A stretch of 63,733 nucleotides of DNA. Origin: a virus. Lineage: Duplodnaviria > Caudoviricetes. The position numbers and the translations under genes are program-made. The stretch is taken from the IMG/VR virus record IMGVR_UViG_3300032722_000019, positions 1 through 63,733 of that record, one strand, 5' to 3'. This document shows positions 35,835 through 45,366 of the stretch, in pieces (position 1 is the first letter of the stretch; each line of letters begins with the position of its first letter). The notes beneath the pieces are model-generated. The model was not told the origin of the DNA and ran no database searches. It saw nothing but the letters and a program-made list of their open reading frames with translations.

Positions 35835-36475
35835 CCCACATTATGATCGACATCGAGACCTGGGGCACCCGGCCGGGGAGCGCCATCCGCAGCATCGGGG
35901 CATGCGTGTTCAGGCCCCGGGGCCCCGTCTGCGAGGAGCACATCCTGGCCGAGTTCTACGTCAACGTCAGCACCGAGTCCTGCCTGGCCTTCGGCCTCAC
36001 GCAGGACGAGTCGACGATCAAGTTCTGGGCCGAGCAGGGCGAGGCCGCGCGGGCGGCGCTGGAGGCAGACCAGGCCAGCATCGACGTGGCGCTGGGCCGA
36101 CTGGGCACCTTCTTCGTCGAGCACCGCTGCGAGCACTACTGGGGCCACGGGGCCAACTTCGACGGCGTGCTGCTGGAGGCCGCCTACCACGCCTGTGGGA
36201 TGATCCCGCCCTGGAAGTTCTGGGGCAGTCGCTGCACGCGGACCCTCTACGACATGGCGGGGGTGGACCTCAAGTCGCTGCCCCGCCAGGGCACCCACCA
36301 CAACGCGCTCGACGACGCCAAGCACCAGGCCTGGGTGGCCATGCTGGCGTGCGAGAGACTCTTCCCGCCAGCCCCGGCAGCCGAGCCCCCGGAGAAGCAG
36401 ATCTGTCAGTACTGCCTGGACCCGGCGGCCTGCGTGGCGGCGGGGGCCTGCGGCCACCACGGGGCGGACCTGTGA
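35831..36475 (+). CDS. DEDDh 3'-5' exonuclease
   Basis: IMIDIET, WGHGANFD and HNALDDA motifs. Confidence 0.85.
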   Translation: MTHIMIDIETWGTRPGSAIRSIGACVFRPRGPVCEEHILAEFYVNVSTESCLAFGLTQDESTIKFWAEQGEAARAALEADQASIDVALGRLGTFFVEHRCEHYWGHGANFDGVLLEAAYHACGMIPPWKFWGSRCTRTLYDMAGVDLKSLPRQGTHHNALDDAKHQAWVAMLACERLFPPAPAAEPPEKQICQYCLDPAACVAAGACGHHGADL

Positions 36476-36696
36476 CCCACGGCTTCAAGACGCGCCGGGG
36501 GGTCAAGACCTGCGACCCCTGCGGCCGGGACGAGGAGGGCCGCTGCGCGTCCTCCGGGACGACCCAGCCGGCCTGCTCGGACGCGCGCTGCCCCTGGAAA
36601 GACCCGGACGGCACGCCCGAGGCCATGAGTGCCCGCGTCGCGGAGCTCGAGAGCAGGTTCAACGTCTTCGGCTACGGTCCGGGGATCTGGCGATGA
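36472..36696 (+). CDS. Small Cys-rich protein
   Basis: GTG 36472 coupled; CDPC...C...C...CPW. Confidence 0.45.
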   Translation: MTHGFKTRRGVKTCDPCGRDEEGRCASSGTTQPACSDARCPWKDPDGTPEAMSARVAELESRFNVFGYGPGIWR

Positions 36697-37655
36697 CCTG
36701 GGAGGAAGAGGCCAAGAGGCTGACCCCCTGGGAGGAGCGCGGGGGCGTGCTGTTCAAGCGCGAGGACCTGTTCGCGCCGCTGTGCAAGAACGGCCCCAAC
36801 GGGGCCAAGTTCCGCCAGCTGCTGCACCTGTTCGCGCGCCACCGGGGCAACGCCACCCACGTGATGACCGCGGCCAGCGTGCTCTCGCCGCAGCACAGCA
36901 TGACAGCGGCGGTGGCCCACCACTACGGGCTGCCGAGTCTCCACATCATCGGGGCCACCACGCCCGAGAAGGCGGTGGCCAACCACGTCAACGTCCGGGT
37001 GGCCTCCCGCTTCGGGGCCAAGTTCGAGGCGATCAAGGTGGCGTACAACCCGGAGCTCCAGAGGGCACTGGAGCGCCGCCGCCGGCCCGACAGCTTCGTG
37101 GTGCCCTACGGCATCACCACCGCCCCTGACTGCTCGGAGGAGGACCTGAGGGCCTTCCACGAGGTGGGCGGGGTCCAGGTCAAGAACCTGCCCGAGCAGG
37201 TGGAGACACTGATCGTCCCGGCGGGCAGCTGCAACACTCTCACCAGCGTGATCTACGGACTGGTCCGGCACGGCCACGGGAACCTCCGGGAGCTCGTATC
37301 CGTCGGCATCGGGCCCGACAAGGTGGCCTGGGTCCAGGAGCGCCTGACCCGGCTGGGCGTGCGGCCACCGCTGCCCTTCAAGTGGAACCGCCGAGTGTCC
37401 CTGCACGAGAGTGGGTTCGCGGCCTACGGGGACCGGATGCCGGAAGAGTACTACGGCCTGCAAGGGCACCCTACTTATGAGGGAAAAATCCTTCGCTGGA
37501 TGAAGAGGCACGGCGTCCTCCCTCCCCGCGACAAGGGCCTGGGCTTCTGGATCGTGGCCGGCGAGATGAGCGAGAAGGCCGTGGAGAAGAAGTACCCGGT
37601 CGAGGGCCTCAACGACAGCATCAAGGACCTGTTCAGCGTGCAGTTAGCACCATAA
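36693..37655 (+). CDS. PLP-dependent enzyme (fold type II), probable DNA-modification decarboxylase
   Basis: FKREDL, NGAKFRQ, SPQ, PAGSCN and HPTYEGK motifs; adjacent to hypermodification genes. Confidence 0.8.
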   Translation: MTWEEEAKRLTPWEERGGVLFKREDLFAPLCKNGPNGAKFRQLLHLFARHRGNATHVMTAASVLSPQHSMTAAVAHHYGLPSLHIIGATTPEKAVANHVNVRVASRFGAKFEAIKVAYNPELQRALERRRRPDSFVVPYGITTAPDCSEEDLRAFHEVGGVQVKNLPEQVETLIVPAGSCNTLTSVIYGLVRHGHGNLRELVSVGIGPDKVAWVQERLTRLGVRPPLPFKWNRRVSLHESGFAAYGDRMPEEYYGLQGHPTYEGKILRWMKRHGVLPPRDKGLGFWIVAGEMSEKAVEKKYPVEGLNDSIKDLFSVQLAP

Positions 37656-37665
37656 GGAGAGAACT

Positions 37666-38043
37666 ATGAAGAAGAAACTCTTGATCGGTCTCGCGCTCCT
37701 CGCCCTAGTGGGGTGCGACCGCGATGCCGACGTGGCCCAGAAGAACCTAGCCCAGGACGCAGACAACTTCAAGATCCCCAGGCGCATCGCCTTCATCAAC
37801 GGGATCACGGACAAGTACCTCCTGGAGATCACGGGCTTCTGCGCGTTCAAGGCCTCCGATGAGACCAAGAACGTGCTCAACGTCATCTGCAAGGTCGACG
37901 GAGGCTACAAGAAGCACTCCATCGGCCTCTCGGACAACGTGACGTTCGTGAGCGAGCAGCTGGCCCCGCGGGACGTCAGCACCTCGCTCTACCACGTGAC
38001 GTTCAAGCCGGCCACGCTGGTCCCCGACGTCGAGCTGCGGTAG
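37666..38043 (+). CDS. Phage lipoprotein
   Basis: Signal peptide with lipobox LVGC; ADNF...RRIAFINGITD motif. Confidence 0.75.
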   Translation: MKKKLLIGLALLALVGCDRDADVAQKNLAQDADNFKIPRRIAFINGITDKYLLEITGFCAFKASDETKNVLNVICKVDGGYKKHSIGLSDNVTFVSEQLAPRDVSTSLYHVTFKPATLVPDVELR

Positions 38044-38051
38044 GCGCGCAG

Positions 38052-38327
38052 ATGAAGGCCGGTACGCACGTCCGCACGCCCGACGGCCGCGAGTGGACGG
38101 TCGTCTACCACGGTCCCGACGGCTACGGGGTCGTGGAGGGACGCCGGACCCTGACCGAGGACGAGCTCAGGAACATACACCTGGGCGGCCCGTTCTCCAG
38201 GGAGGCACTGGCTGAGGCCGTCAAGGCTACCCACATGCTGCGGGACTCCGTCTCGCCGACCATGGACGAGCGCATGTGGCCCGGAATGACGCTGATCGGC
38301 GAAGAGTTCGAGAGGATCGCGGAATGA
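38052..38327 (+). CDS. Hypothetical protein
   Basis: Coupled to next gene by ATGA. Confidence 0.55.
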   Translation: MKAGTHVRTPDGREWTVVYHGPDGYGVVEGRRTLTEDELRNIHLGGPFSREALAEAVKATHMLRDSVSPTMDERMWPGMTLIGEEFERIAE

Positions 38328-39343
38328 AGGACTACCGCACCCCCGAGCACCGCGGCGAGTACTTCGCCGCGCTCTACGAGACCAACCTCCGGCACGGCAC
38401 CATGCCGGGGCTCGTCTACCTCTACATGCCGGCGCTGGCGCACGCCCTGGGCTGGGACGAAAAGACCAAGCTGTGGTTCGCGTTCCTCAACGGGATGACG
38501 CAGAACCCGCTGACTAGCCTGCGCCTTCTCGAGCAGCTGCCCGAGCCGCCCGAGAACAAGATAGCCCTAGCGGTCTTCAAGCAGTGGTTCGACGCGGAGT
38601 GGCCCCGACTTCAATACGACACCGATCGGCGCTACGCCAAGAAGGAGACCTGCGAGGCCATCAAGAGCTACTGCTGGGCGGCGGCCGCTTTCGGAGACTC
38701 TCAGACGACTCCCCAGGTCGACATGCTGAGCCTTAGGTCTTGGGAGGCCATTTGGGGCTTCGTGACTTCCTCCTTCCGCAGCTTCGGCCGGCTCTCGGCC
38801 TTCAGCTACCTGGAGTACGTGCGAATCATGGGCCACGGCTGCGAGCCCGATACCCTACTATTCTCCGACAAGTCGGGCAGCAAGAGCCACCGCAACGGCA
38901 TGCTGTTCCTGACAGGCCTGGACGAGCTGGTGAACGACAAGCGGACCGGCCGGGGCCCCGTGGCCTACGAGAACTTCGGCAAGATGTGTGTATGGCTCCA
39001 AGAACGCGCCGACATCTGGCAGGCCGCCTTCAACGAGATGGAGGCGCGGAAGGGCTCGACGCTGCGGGCCACCAACTTCACCTTCGAGAGCCAGCTGTGC
39101 CAGTTCAAAAACTCCTTCTTCGGCCGGCGCTACCCCGGGGTCTACGCAGACATGGCCTGGGAGCGCCTCCAGTGGTACAAGACCAACGTGGGGCAGGACA
39201 GGAACTGCCGCCTGATCGCCGACATCTACCACTCCCTGCCCGACTGGCTCCAGTACGGAAATGACCGCTTGACCGTCAGGCAGAGAGCGGCTATATTCCC
39301 CCGCACGGGCGTGCCCTACCGAGCAGAGCACTTCCTAGAATAG
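38324..39343 (+). CDS. Amino acid:DNA transferase (aGPT-Pplase2/ADDT-like)
   Basis: Start ATG 38324; YDTDRRY, FGRLSAFSYLE, SHRNG, ESQLC and RYPGVY motifs. Confidence 0.75.
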   Translation: MKDYRTPEHRGEYFAALYETNLRHGTMPGLVYLYMPALAHALGWDEKTKLWFAFLNGMTQNPLTSLRLLEQLPEPPENKIALAVFKQWFDAEWPRLQYDTDRRYAKKETCEAIKSYCWAAAAFGDSQTTPQVDMLSLRSWEAIWGFVTSSFRSFGRLSAFSYLEYVRIMGHGCEPDTLLFSDKSGSKSHRNGMLFLTGLDELVNDKRTGRGPVAYENFGKMCVWLQERADIWQAAFNEMEARKGSTLRATNFTFESQLCQFKNSFFGRRYPGVYADMAWERLQWYKTNVGQDRNCRLIADIYHSLPDWLQYGNDRLTVRQRAAIFPRTGVPYRAEHFLE

Positions 39344-39356
39344 CGAGATAGCACTC

Positions 39357-39896
39357 ATGGAAATCTACACCCAGGCCCTCATATTCGCGGTCCGCGCCCA
39401 CGGGGACCAGAAGCGCAAGTACACCAACGATCCCTACGTCGTCCACCCCATCCGCGTGGCCGAGATACTGCGGGAGGCGAAGGCCCCAGAGGTCATAGTC
39501 TCCGCCGCGCTCCTGCACGACACGGTGGAGGACACGAAGACGACTTACCAGGACCTCGTCATGGAGTTCGGTCCGGCCATGGCAGACCTCGTCATGGAGG
39601 TCACGGACCCCAGCCGGCCCGAGGACGGCAACCGCGCCGCGCGCAAGGCCATCGACAGGGAGCACCTGGCCCGGGCCAGCGTGTACGGGAAGACCATCAA
39701 GCTGGCGGACCTCATCGACAACACCGCCAGCATCGTGAGGTACGACCCCGACTTCGCCAGGGTCTACCTCGCCGAGAAGAGGCTACTCCTGCAGGAGGCG
39801 CTGAGGCCCGTCGGGGCGTTCCATGACTGGCAGAGTGTCCACGGCAGGCTCTACGCGAAGGCACTGGCCCAGATGGAGACTCTATGCCTAAGCTGA
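39357..39896 (+). CDS. RelA/SpoT-type HD hydrolase (small alarmone hydrolase/Mesh1-like)
   Basis: AH.DQKRK, PY..HP..VA, ALLHDTVEDT and IKLADLIDN motifs. Confidence 0.85.
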   Translation: MEIYTQALIFAVRAHGDQKRKYTNDPYVVHPIRVAEILREAKAPEVIVSAALLHDTVEDTKTTYQDLVMEFGPAMADLVMEVTDPSRPEDGNRAARKAIDREHLARASVYGKTIKLADLIDNTASIVRYDPDFARVYLAEKRLLLQEALRPVGAFHDWQSVHGRLYAKALAQMETLCLS

Positions 39897-40468
39897 TCAT
39901 CAACCTGCGCGGCACGTCCGGCTCCGGCAAGACCACGGTGGTCCGCCGGCTCATGGGGCTGGGCGAGGTCGAGAATATGAGGACAACCGACGGGAAGATC
40001 GCAGGGGTTCGCCTAGAGGTTCCACGCTGGAGCCACGCCGTGTTCTTCATCGGCAAGTACGACAGCGTCTGCGGCGGGATGGACACCGTGCCCACGCAGG
40101 CCGACTGCTCCACCCTGATCCATCGGGCATACGATCATGGCCACGTAGTCTGCGAGGGCCTGCTAGCCTCCGGGGTCGGGCCCAAGGCTACCCTGCCCGC
40201 GGCGTGCATCGCGGCGGCCGGCCCCAACGCCTGGTTCCTCTGCCTGGACACGCCGCTAGAGGTTTGCATCGAGCGCGTCAAGCAGCGCCGGGCCGCCCGG
40301 GGCGACGACCGCCCGTTCAACCCGGCCAACACCCAGGCCAAGTGGGAGCAGACGCGCCGGGCCTACGAGCTCCTGGAGGAGGGCGGAGCCAACGTGCGCT
40401 GGCTGCCCTACGAGACGGCCTACGAGAAGGTCCGCGCCATTCTGGAGAAGGTTGATGCCGCGGACTGA
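39884..40468 (+). CDS. P-loop kinase (5-hmdU DNA kinase catalytic domain-like)
   Basis: NLRGTSGSGKTT, IGKY...CGGMD, VVCEG and C.ERV.QRR motifs; cluster context. Confidence 0.75.
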   Translation: MPKLIINLRGTSGSGKTTVVRRLMGLGEVENMRTTDGKIAGVRLEVPRWSHAVFFIGKYDSVCGGMDTVPTQADCSTLIHRAYDHGHVVCEGLLASGVGPKATLPAACIAAAGPNAWFLCLDTPLEVCIERVKQRRAARGDDRPFNPANTQAKWEQTRRAYELLEEGGANVRWLPYETAYEKVRAILEKVDAAD

Positions 40469-40739
40469 ACCGAGCCTCTGGAAGGCCAAGCACAGGGTCT
40501 CTAAAGAGGACGACGGTCGGGCCTTGACCTACTTCTGCGACGACAAGCGCCACCTGGTGTGCCAGCCGTATAGCCTGGAGAACCTCCACGTCATGGCCCA
40601 GCGCCTCGGCCTCAAGCGCCACTGGTTCCACAGGGACCACTACGACATCCCGGTCAAGCGCCGGGCTGAGATCGAGAACCTGTGCATCCACCTGACGGCG
40701 CGGGACATCGTGCGCATCTGCCGGGGAGGCAAGGAGTGA
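40452..40739 (+). CDS. DUF4031-like protein
   Basis: LH.MAQRLGLKRHWF..DHYDI. Confidence 0.7.
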   Translation: MMPRTEPSLWKAKHRVSKEDDGRALTYFCDDKRHLVCQPYSLENLHVMAQRLGLKRHWFHRDHYDIPVKRRAEIENLCIHLTARDIVRICRGGKE

Positions 40740-41611
40740 GCAGCGACCTGCGCGGCCTGGTGGCGTTCGTCCGGGAACGGGAAACGATTCGCTTGAAGAG
40801 GCACCTCGGAGAGCTCGCGCCCTGGACGGACGACCCGATCCTGGCCAAGTACCGTTTCTGCAACGTGAGGCGCGGAGACGACCGAGTCTCGCAATGGCTG
40901 CTGAAGAAGTACTACCCGAGGTTTGATCCTCGGGGAGACCTCTGGTTCGCGGCCGCCGTGGCACGCCTGATCAATTGGCCGCCGACCCTGGCGTGGCTCA
41001 TGGAGAGGTCCGTGACCTGCGACATGGTCGACGCCTACGATGCCCATGACTTCTCCAGAGAACTCGAGAAGTACCACCATGAGAACCCCGGCAAGACTTA
41101 CACCGGGGCATACATGCTCTACGCCGGGGGCAGGCAGGCGCGGTTCAAGGGGATGGCCAAGGCCGACTTCATCGCGCACCACCTGCTCGCGGGGCTGACC
41201 GTCAGCCGCGACATAATCAGGCTGGCCGTCTCGAGCAGGAGCGTGGAGGCCACCGTGACGGCGCTCCAGCACTCCTTCGGTATAAGCTCGTTCATGGCGG
41301 GTCAGGTCGCGGCTGACCTGACCTACCTTCCTCTCCAGCTGGGTCAGGCTCGAGATCTCTACACCTGGGCCCCCCGCGGCCCTGGGTCCTTGCGCGGCCT
41401 CAACCGCCTCCACGGTCGGCCGCTGAACAACCAGTGGGACCAGGACCACTTCAACGATGCGTTGAAAAAGGTTAACTGGGCAATTGGCCCCGGCTTGGGC
41501 CTCACCCTGCACGACGTCCAGAACGTCCTGTGCGAGTGGGACAAGTACGAGAGGGTGCGGCTCGGGCAGGGCGTGCCCCGGTCGCAGTACAGGCCCGAGA
41601 CGGCATATTAA
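40736..41611 (+). CDS. 5-hmdU DNA kinase helical domain (aGPT-Pplase1-like)
   Basis: Start GTG 40736; PWTDDPIL.KYRFCNVRRGDDRVS, GPGS.RGL and LCEWDKY motifs. Confidence 0.8.
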   Translation: MSSDLRGLVAFVRERETIRLKRHLGELAPWTDDPILAKYRFCNVRRGDDRVSQWLLKKYYPRFDPRGDLWFAAAVARLINWPPTLAWLMERSVTCDMVDAYDAHDFSRELEKYHHENPGKTYTGAYMLYAGGRQARFKGMAKADFIAHHLLAGLTVSRDIIRLAVSSRSVEATVTALQHSFGISSFMAGQVAADLTYLPLQLGQARDLYTWAPRGPGSLRGLNRLHGRPLNNQWDQDHFNDALKKVNWAIGPGLGLTLHDVQNVLCEWDKYERVRLGQGVPRSQYRPETAY

Positions 41612-41633
41612 GCAGCCAGGAGAGGAGAAGAAG

Positions 41634-42650
41634 ATGACCTACGCACTGACGGCCCGCAACCCCAACGAGGCGTTCCCCATGACCGTGAGGATGCTGAGGG
41701 ACCACGGGGTGCGGCTGCCGAGCCGCAACGGCGACTGCCTGGAGTTCCCGGACGTGGTCAGCGTGACCTTCACGCATCCCCTGGAGCGGGTGCTGACCAA
41801 TCCGCTGCGCCGGATCAACCCGTTCCTGCACTTCTTCGAGCCTCTGTGGATCCTCGCCGGCCGGCGCGACGTCGGCTTCCTCGCGCAGTTTGCCAAGAAC
41901 ATGACGAACTACAGCGATGATGGCGAGAATTTTGCCGCGGCCTACGGTCACCGGATCAGGCACGTGCCCTCTTCTTATGAGGGAGACCCAGACATCGATC
42001 AGATTTACGAGGCCGTAGTTCGTCTGAAGGCGGACCCGGATGACCGCCGCGTGGTTCTCATGATCCGACAGCCTCTAGACATCGGCTACACCGGCAAAGA
42101 CGCGGCCTGCAACATCGCGGCCAGCCTGAAGATCCGCGGCGGCCGGCTCAACATGCACGTCATGAACCGCAGCAACGACGCGGTCTGGGGCGGCCCGGCC
42201 GGCGGAACCAACCACCCGCAGTTCACTGTCCTGCTGGAGTTCATGGCCGGGATGATCGGCTGCGAGGTGGGGCGCTACACGATCACCACCGACAGCATGC
42301 ACGCCTACGTCAACCCCCAGTGGGAGAAACTGAGGGACACGCCGGCCTACGCAGACCCCTACCAGTCGGCCTCCCACGACTACCGACCGTTCCCCATGAT
42401 GGAAGAGCCCGTCCTCTTCTGCACGGACCTGACGGCCTTCTTCGAGACGTACGACGACGGCCGTATGCGCCCCTACTCCAGCGTCTACTTCCGCCGGGTG
42501 GTCCTGCCCATGTGGGAGACCTTCCTCTCCTACAAGGCGCGCGACGGCCGGGAGCGCGAGCTCCTGGAGAGGGTGGCGGCCGCGGACTGGCAGGACGCCG
42601 TCAGCCAGTGGTTCGACGGCATCGAGCGCCTCCAGAGGCCCTTCTCGTGA
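41634..42650 (+). CDS. Thymidylate synthase-family dUMP hydroxymethylase
   Basis: Start ATG 41634; NPFLH, YSDDG, AAYG.R, catalytic ACN, RSND..WG and downstream Asn consistent with dUMP specificity. Confidence 0.8.
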   Translation: MTYALTARNPNEAFPMTVRMLRDHGVRLPSRNGDCLEFPDVVSVTFTHPLERVLTNPLRRINPFLHFFEPLWILAGRRDVGFLAQFAKNMTNYSDDGENFAAAYGHRIRHVPSSYEGDPDIDQIYEAVVRLKADPDDRRVVLMIRQPLDIGYTGKDAACNIAASLKIRGGRLNMHVMNRSNDAVWGGPAGGTNHPQFTVLLEFMAGMIGCEVGRYTITTDSMHAYVNPQWEKLRDTPAYADPYQSASHDYRPFPMMEEPVLFCTDLTAFFETYDDGRMRPYSSVYFRRVVLPMWETFLSYKARDGRERELLERVAAADWQDAVSQWFDGIERLQRPFS

Positions 42651-43186
42651 GTGTCCTGCGGGCGGTGTCCTGGGCCTACCGCAAGGCCCGGACGCTGCGC
42701 TTTCACACTCACTTCTGCACCCGGCAGGAGACCATCGGCCACCACTCCCACGGCGTGGCGGTCATCGTGTCCCTGGTCTACCCGGACGCCAGCGCCGACC
42801 TGCTCAGGGCCGCGGTCCTGCACGACCTGGGAGAGGGCGAGTGGGGCGACATGCCGGGCCACACCAAGCGCGAGCTCGGCATCCGGGAGGCCGTAGCCGT
42901 CCTGGAGGAGCGAGAGATGCGCAGGAACGGCGTGGAGATGCCGACGCTGAACGCCGAAGAGCACCGCAGGCTCAAGTTCGCCGACAACGCCCACGGCGCG
43001 CTCTTCTCCATGGAGGAGCTCTCTAGGGGCAACCGGGAGCTCCTGGGGCCCTTCCGCAACTACGTGGAGTGGATGGAGAAAGAGCCGATGCACCTGCTAG
43101 GCGAGCAGGAGCTCTTCGAGATGATCAGGCGACGGTTCTTCAGGCATTCTACCGAAGGTGTGAGAGATGAAGTCTTCGAGTTCTGA
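42647..43186 (+). CDS. HD-domain 5'-deoxynucleotidase-like protein
   Basis: Start GTG 42647; RFH, HHSHGVA, LHDLGE..GD.P and KFAD motifs. Confidence 0.75.
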   Translation: MSVLRAVSWAYRKARTLRFHTHFCTRQETIGHHSHGVAVIVSLVYPDASADLLRAAVLHDLGEGEWGDMPGHTKRELGIREAVAVLEEREMRRNGVEMPTLNAEEHRRLKFADNAHGALFSMEELSRGNRELLGPFRNYVEWMEKEPMHLLGEQELFEMIRRRFFRHSTEGVRDEVFEF

Positions 43187-43427
43187 GGCGGACAAGCGCC
43201 AGGTCGGCGGCGGCCATTACAAGGACGTCCCCGAGCACCTCCAGCACTGGAACGTGGTCGCGGCCCTGGGCTGGGATTATTTCATCGGCACGGCCACCAA
43301 GTACATCTGGCGGGCCGGCAAGAAGGACGACCCCGTCCAGGAGCTCGAGAAAGCGGTGCACTACCTCCAGAAGAAGATCGAGCTCCTCAGGGCCGAGCGC
43401 GCGGCCGCGGAGAAGCAAGTTGGCTGA
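43167..43427 (+). CDS. DUF3310 (SaV-like) protein
   Basis: QVGGGHYK, KYIWR and LEKAVHYL motifs. Confidence 0.8.
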   Translation: MKSSSSEADKRQVGGGHYKDVPEHLQHWNVVAALGWDYFIGTATKYIWRAGKKDDPVQELEKAVHYLQKKIELLRAERAAAEKQVG

Positions 43428-45366
43428 CGGAGAGGTCGCCTTTTTAGACACGGAGAGCTACGCCAACGCGGCGCTCTTCATGTGCCAGACCGAGGGCGGC
43501 CGCCTGTTCAAGGCCTGGGTGGAGGGCCCGAACGGTCCGGCGGCGGACTACGTCCGGGCGGTCATGGCCTCGGGCTACACGTTCGTGACCTTCAACGGCA
43601 TCAACTACGACATGCCGGTGGTCAGCGCCATGATCGACGGCCGGGGCCCGCACGAGATCAAGCACCTCTCCAACCGCATCATCGAGGGCGGCCTGATGCC
43701 CTGGGAGGCCGCCGACGAGTTTCGCCTGCCGCCAAACCTGGCGGGCGTGGACCACATCGACCTCATCGGGGTCAGGCCGCCCAACGCCGGCCTCAAGATG
43801 GCCGCGGCCCGGATGGGCTCCCCGCACCTGGAGGAGAACCCTATCGACCACCGCTCGGAAATCGCCCCGGCGCAGTACCCCGGCGCCGAGCGGTACTGCA
43901 TGAGCGACCTCCGCAACACCCGGATGCTGTTCGGCCGCTGCGAGCAGCCGCTCCTGCTGCGCTGCCAGATGAGCCGCGAGTACGGCGTGGACCTGCGGAG
44001 CAAGAGCGACGCCCAGGTCGCCGAGCAGGTGTTCGTCAAGAAACTGGGCCTCAAGAGGAAGTGGGGCGAGAACGCCCGCATACCTCCGGTGGTGCGCTAC
44101 CGCGCGCCGGCCTGGGCCCAAAGTTTCCAGAGCCCGGGCCTGCGCGCGCTGGTGGCGCGGCTGGAGGACACGATCTTCCACGTCCACCAGGGCAGCGGCC
44201 ACGTGGCCATGCCCTCCTGGCTGGAGGCGGCCTCCCCGGAGTCGCGCCTGACCTCCCGGACCGGCGTCTTCCAGATGGGCGTGGGCGGCCTGCACAGCAC
44301 CCACGACAAGAAGGTCTGCCACGTCGCCGGGCCGGACTGGCGCGTCACGGACGTGGACTGGGACTCCTACTACCCCACGCTGATCGTCAACGCCGACCCC
44401 GAGATACTGCCGCCCCACCTGGGCGAGGCGTTCATCACCGAGTACGACAACATTCGGCGCATCCGCCTGGAGGCCAAGCGGGTCAAGGACGTCTCCAAGG
44501 CCGACAGCCTGCGCATCGCGGTCAACGGCACCTTCGGCAAGCTGATGTCGCGCTGGTCGCCGCTGTACGCCCCGGGCCTGGGCCTGTACACTACCCTGAC
44601 CGGGCAGCTGGGGCTGCTGGGCGCGGTCTACGAGGTCCTGGAGCCCGCCGGCTGCTCCATACTGAGCGCCAACACCGACGGCATCGTCATCGGGCACCCG
44701 GCGGGGGTGGACGCCGCGGCGCTGATGGCGGAGTACGCCGCGGTCATGAGCGAGGGCGGCCGCGCGCCCTACGGCGTGGAGGCCACCTCCTACCGCACCA
44801 TCGCGATGAAGGACGTCAACAACTACATCGCGGTCAAGGCCAAGGATCGCTCGGTCAAGGCCAAGGGGCTGTACGCCCCGCTGGACAAGATGATGAAGAA
44901 CCCCACCCTGCCGGTCTGCTCGGAGGCGGTGGGCAAGTGGCTGGCCCACGGCGTCCCCTTCGAGAGGACGCTGGCCGAGGCCCACCAGCGGCGCTACCTG
45001 CCCGACTGGCTGGCCGCGCGGCGCGTCAACGGCGGGGGCGTCCAGGGAGAGAAGACGGTGGGCAGCCTGGTCCGCTGGTACTTATCAACCGACCCCGGAC
45101 TTCCGCCCTTGACTTATGCGCTGAATGGCAATAGAGTACCCAAGACCGAGGGCGTCAGGGCCTGCATGATCTTCGATCCTGCGGCCCCGTTGCCGGCGGA
45201 CCTAGACACTCTAGCATATAACAAGGAATGCATCAGGATAGCCAAGGACCTGGGCTGCTCCCAGTACCTGTCAGAGGAACAGCTGGCACTCGTCGCGCCG
45301 CCCCCGAAGGCCGGCCGCAAGAGGAAGGCCGTCACCGAGTCCCCAGAGAAGGAAGCGTCAGCATGA
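43420..45366 (+). CDS. DNA polymerase (family B-like) with 3'-5' exonuclease
   Basis: DTE and FNGINYD exonuclease motifs; DWDSYYP, NGTFGK and SANTDG polymerase motifs. Confidence 0.9.
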   Translation: MADGEVAFLDTESYANAALFMCQTEGGRLFKAWVEGPNGPAADYVRAVMASGYTFVTFNGINYDMPVVSAMIDGRGPHEIKHLSNRIIEGGLMPWEAADEFRLPPNLAGVDHIDLIGVRPPNAGLKMAAARMGSPHLEENPIDHRSEIAPAQYPGAERYCMSDLRNTRMLFGRCEQPLLLRCQMSREYGVDLRSKSDAQVAEQVFVKKLGLKRKWGENARIPPVVRYRAPAWAQSFQSPGLRALVARLEDTIFHVHQGSGHVAMPSWLEAASPESRLTSRTGVFQMGVGGLHSTHDKKVCHVAGPDWRVTDVDWDSYYPTLIVNADPEILPPHLGEAFITEYDNIRRIRLEAKRVKDVSKADSLRIAVNGTFGKLMSRWSPLYAPGLGLYTTLTGQLGLLGAVYEVLEPAGCSILSANTDGIVIGHPAGVDAAALMAEYAAVMSEGGRAPYGVEATSYRTIAMKDVNNYIAVKAKDRSVKAKGLYAPLDKMMKNPTLPVCSEAVGKWLAHGVPFERTLAEAHQRRYLPDWLAARRVNGGGVQGEKTVGSLVRWYLSTDPGLPPLTYALNGNRVPKTEGVRACMIFDPAAPLPADLDTLAYNKECIRIAKDLGCSQYLSEEQLALVAPPPKAGRKRKAVTESPEKEASA

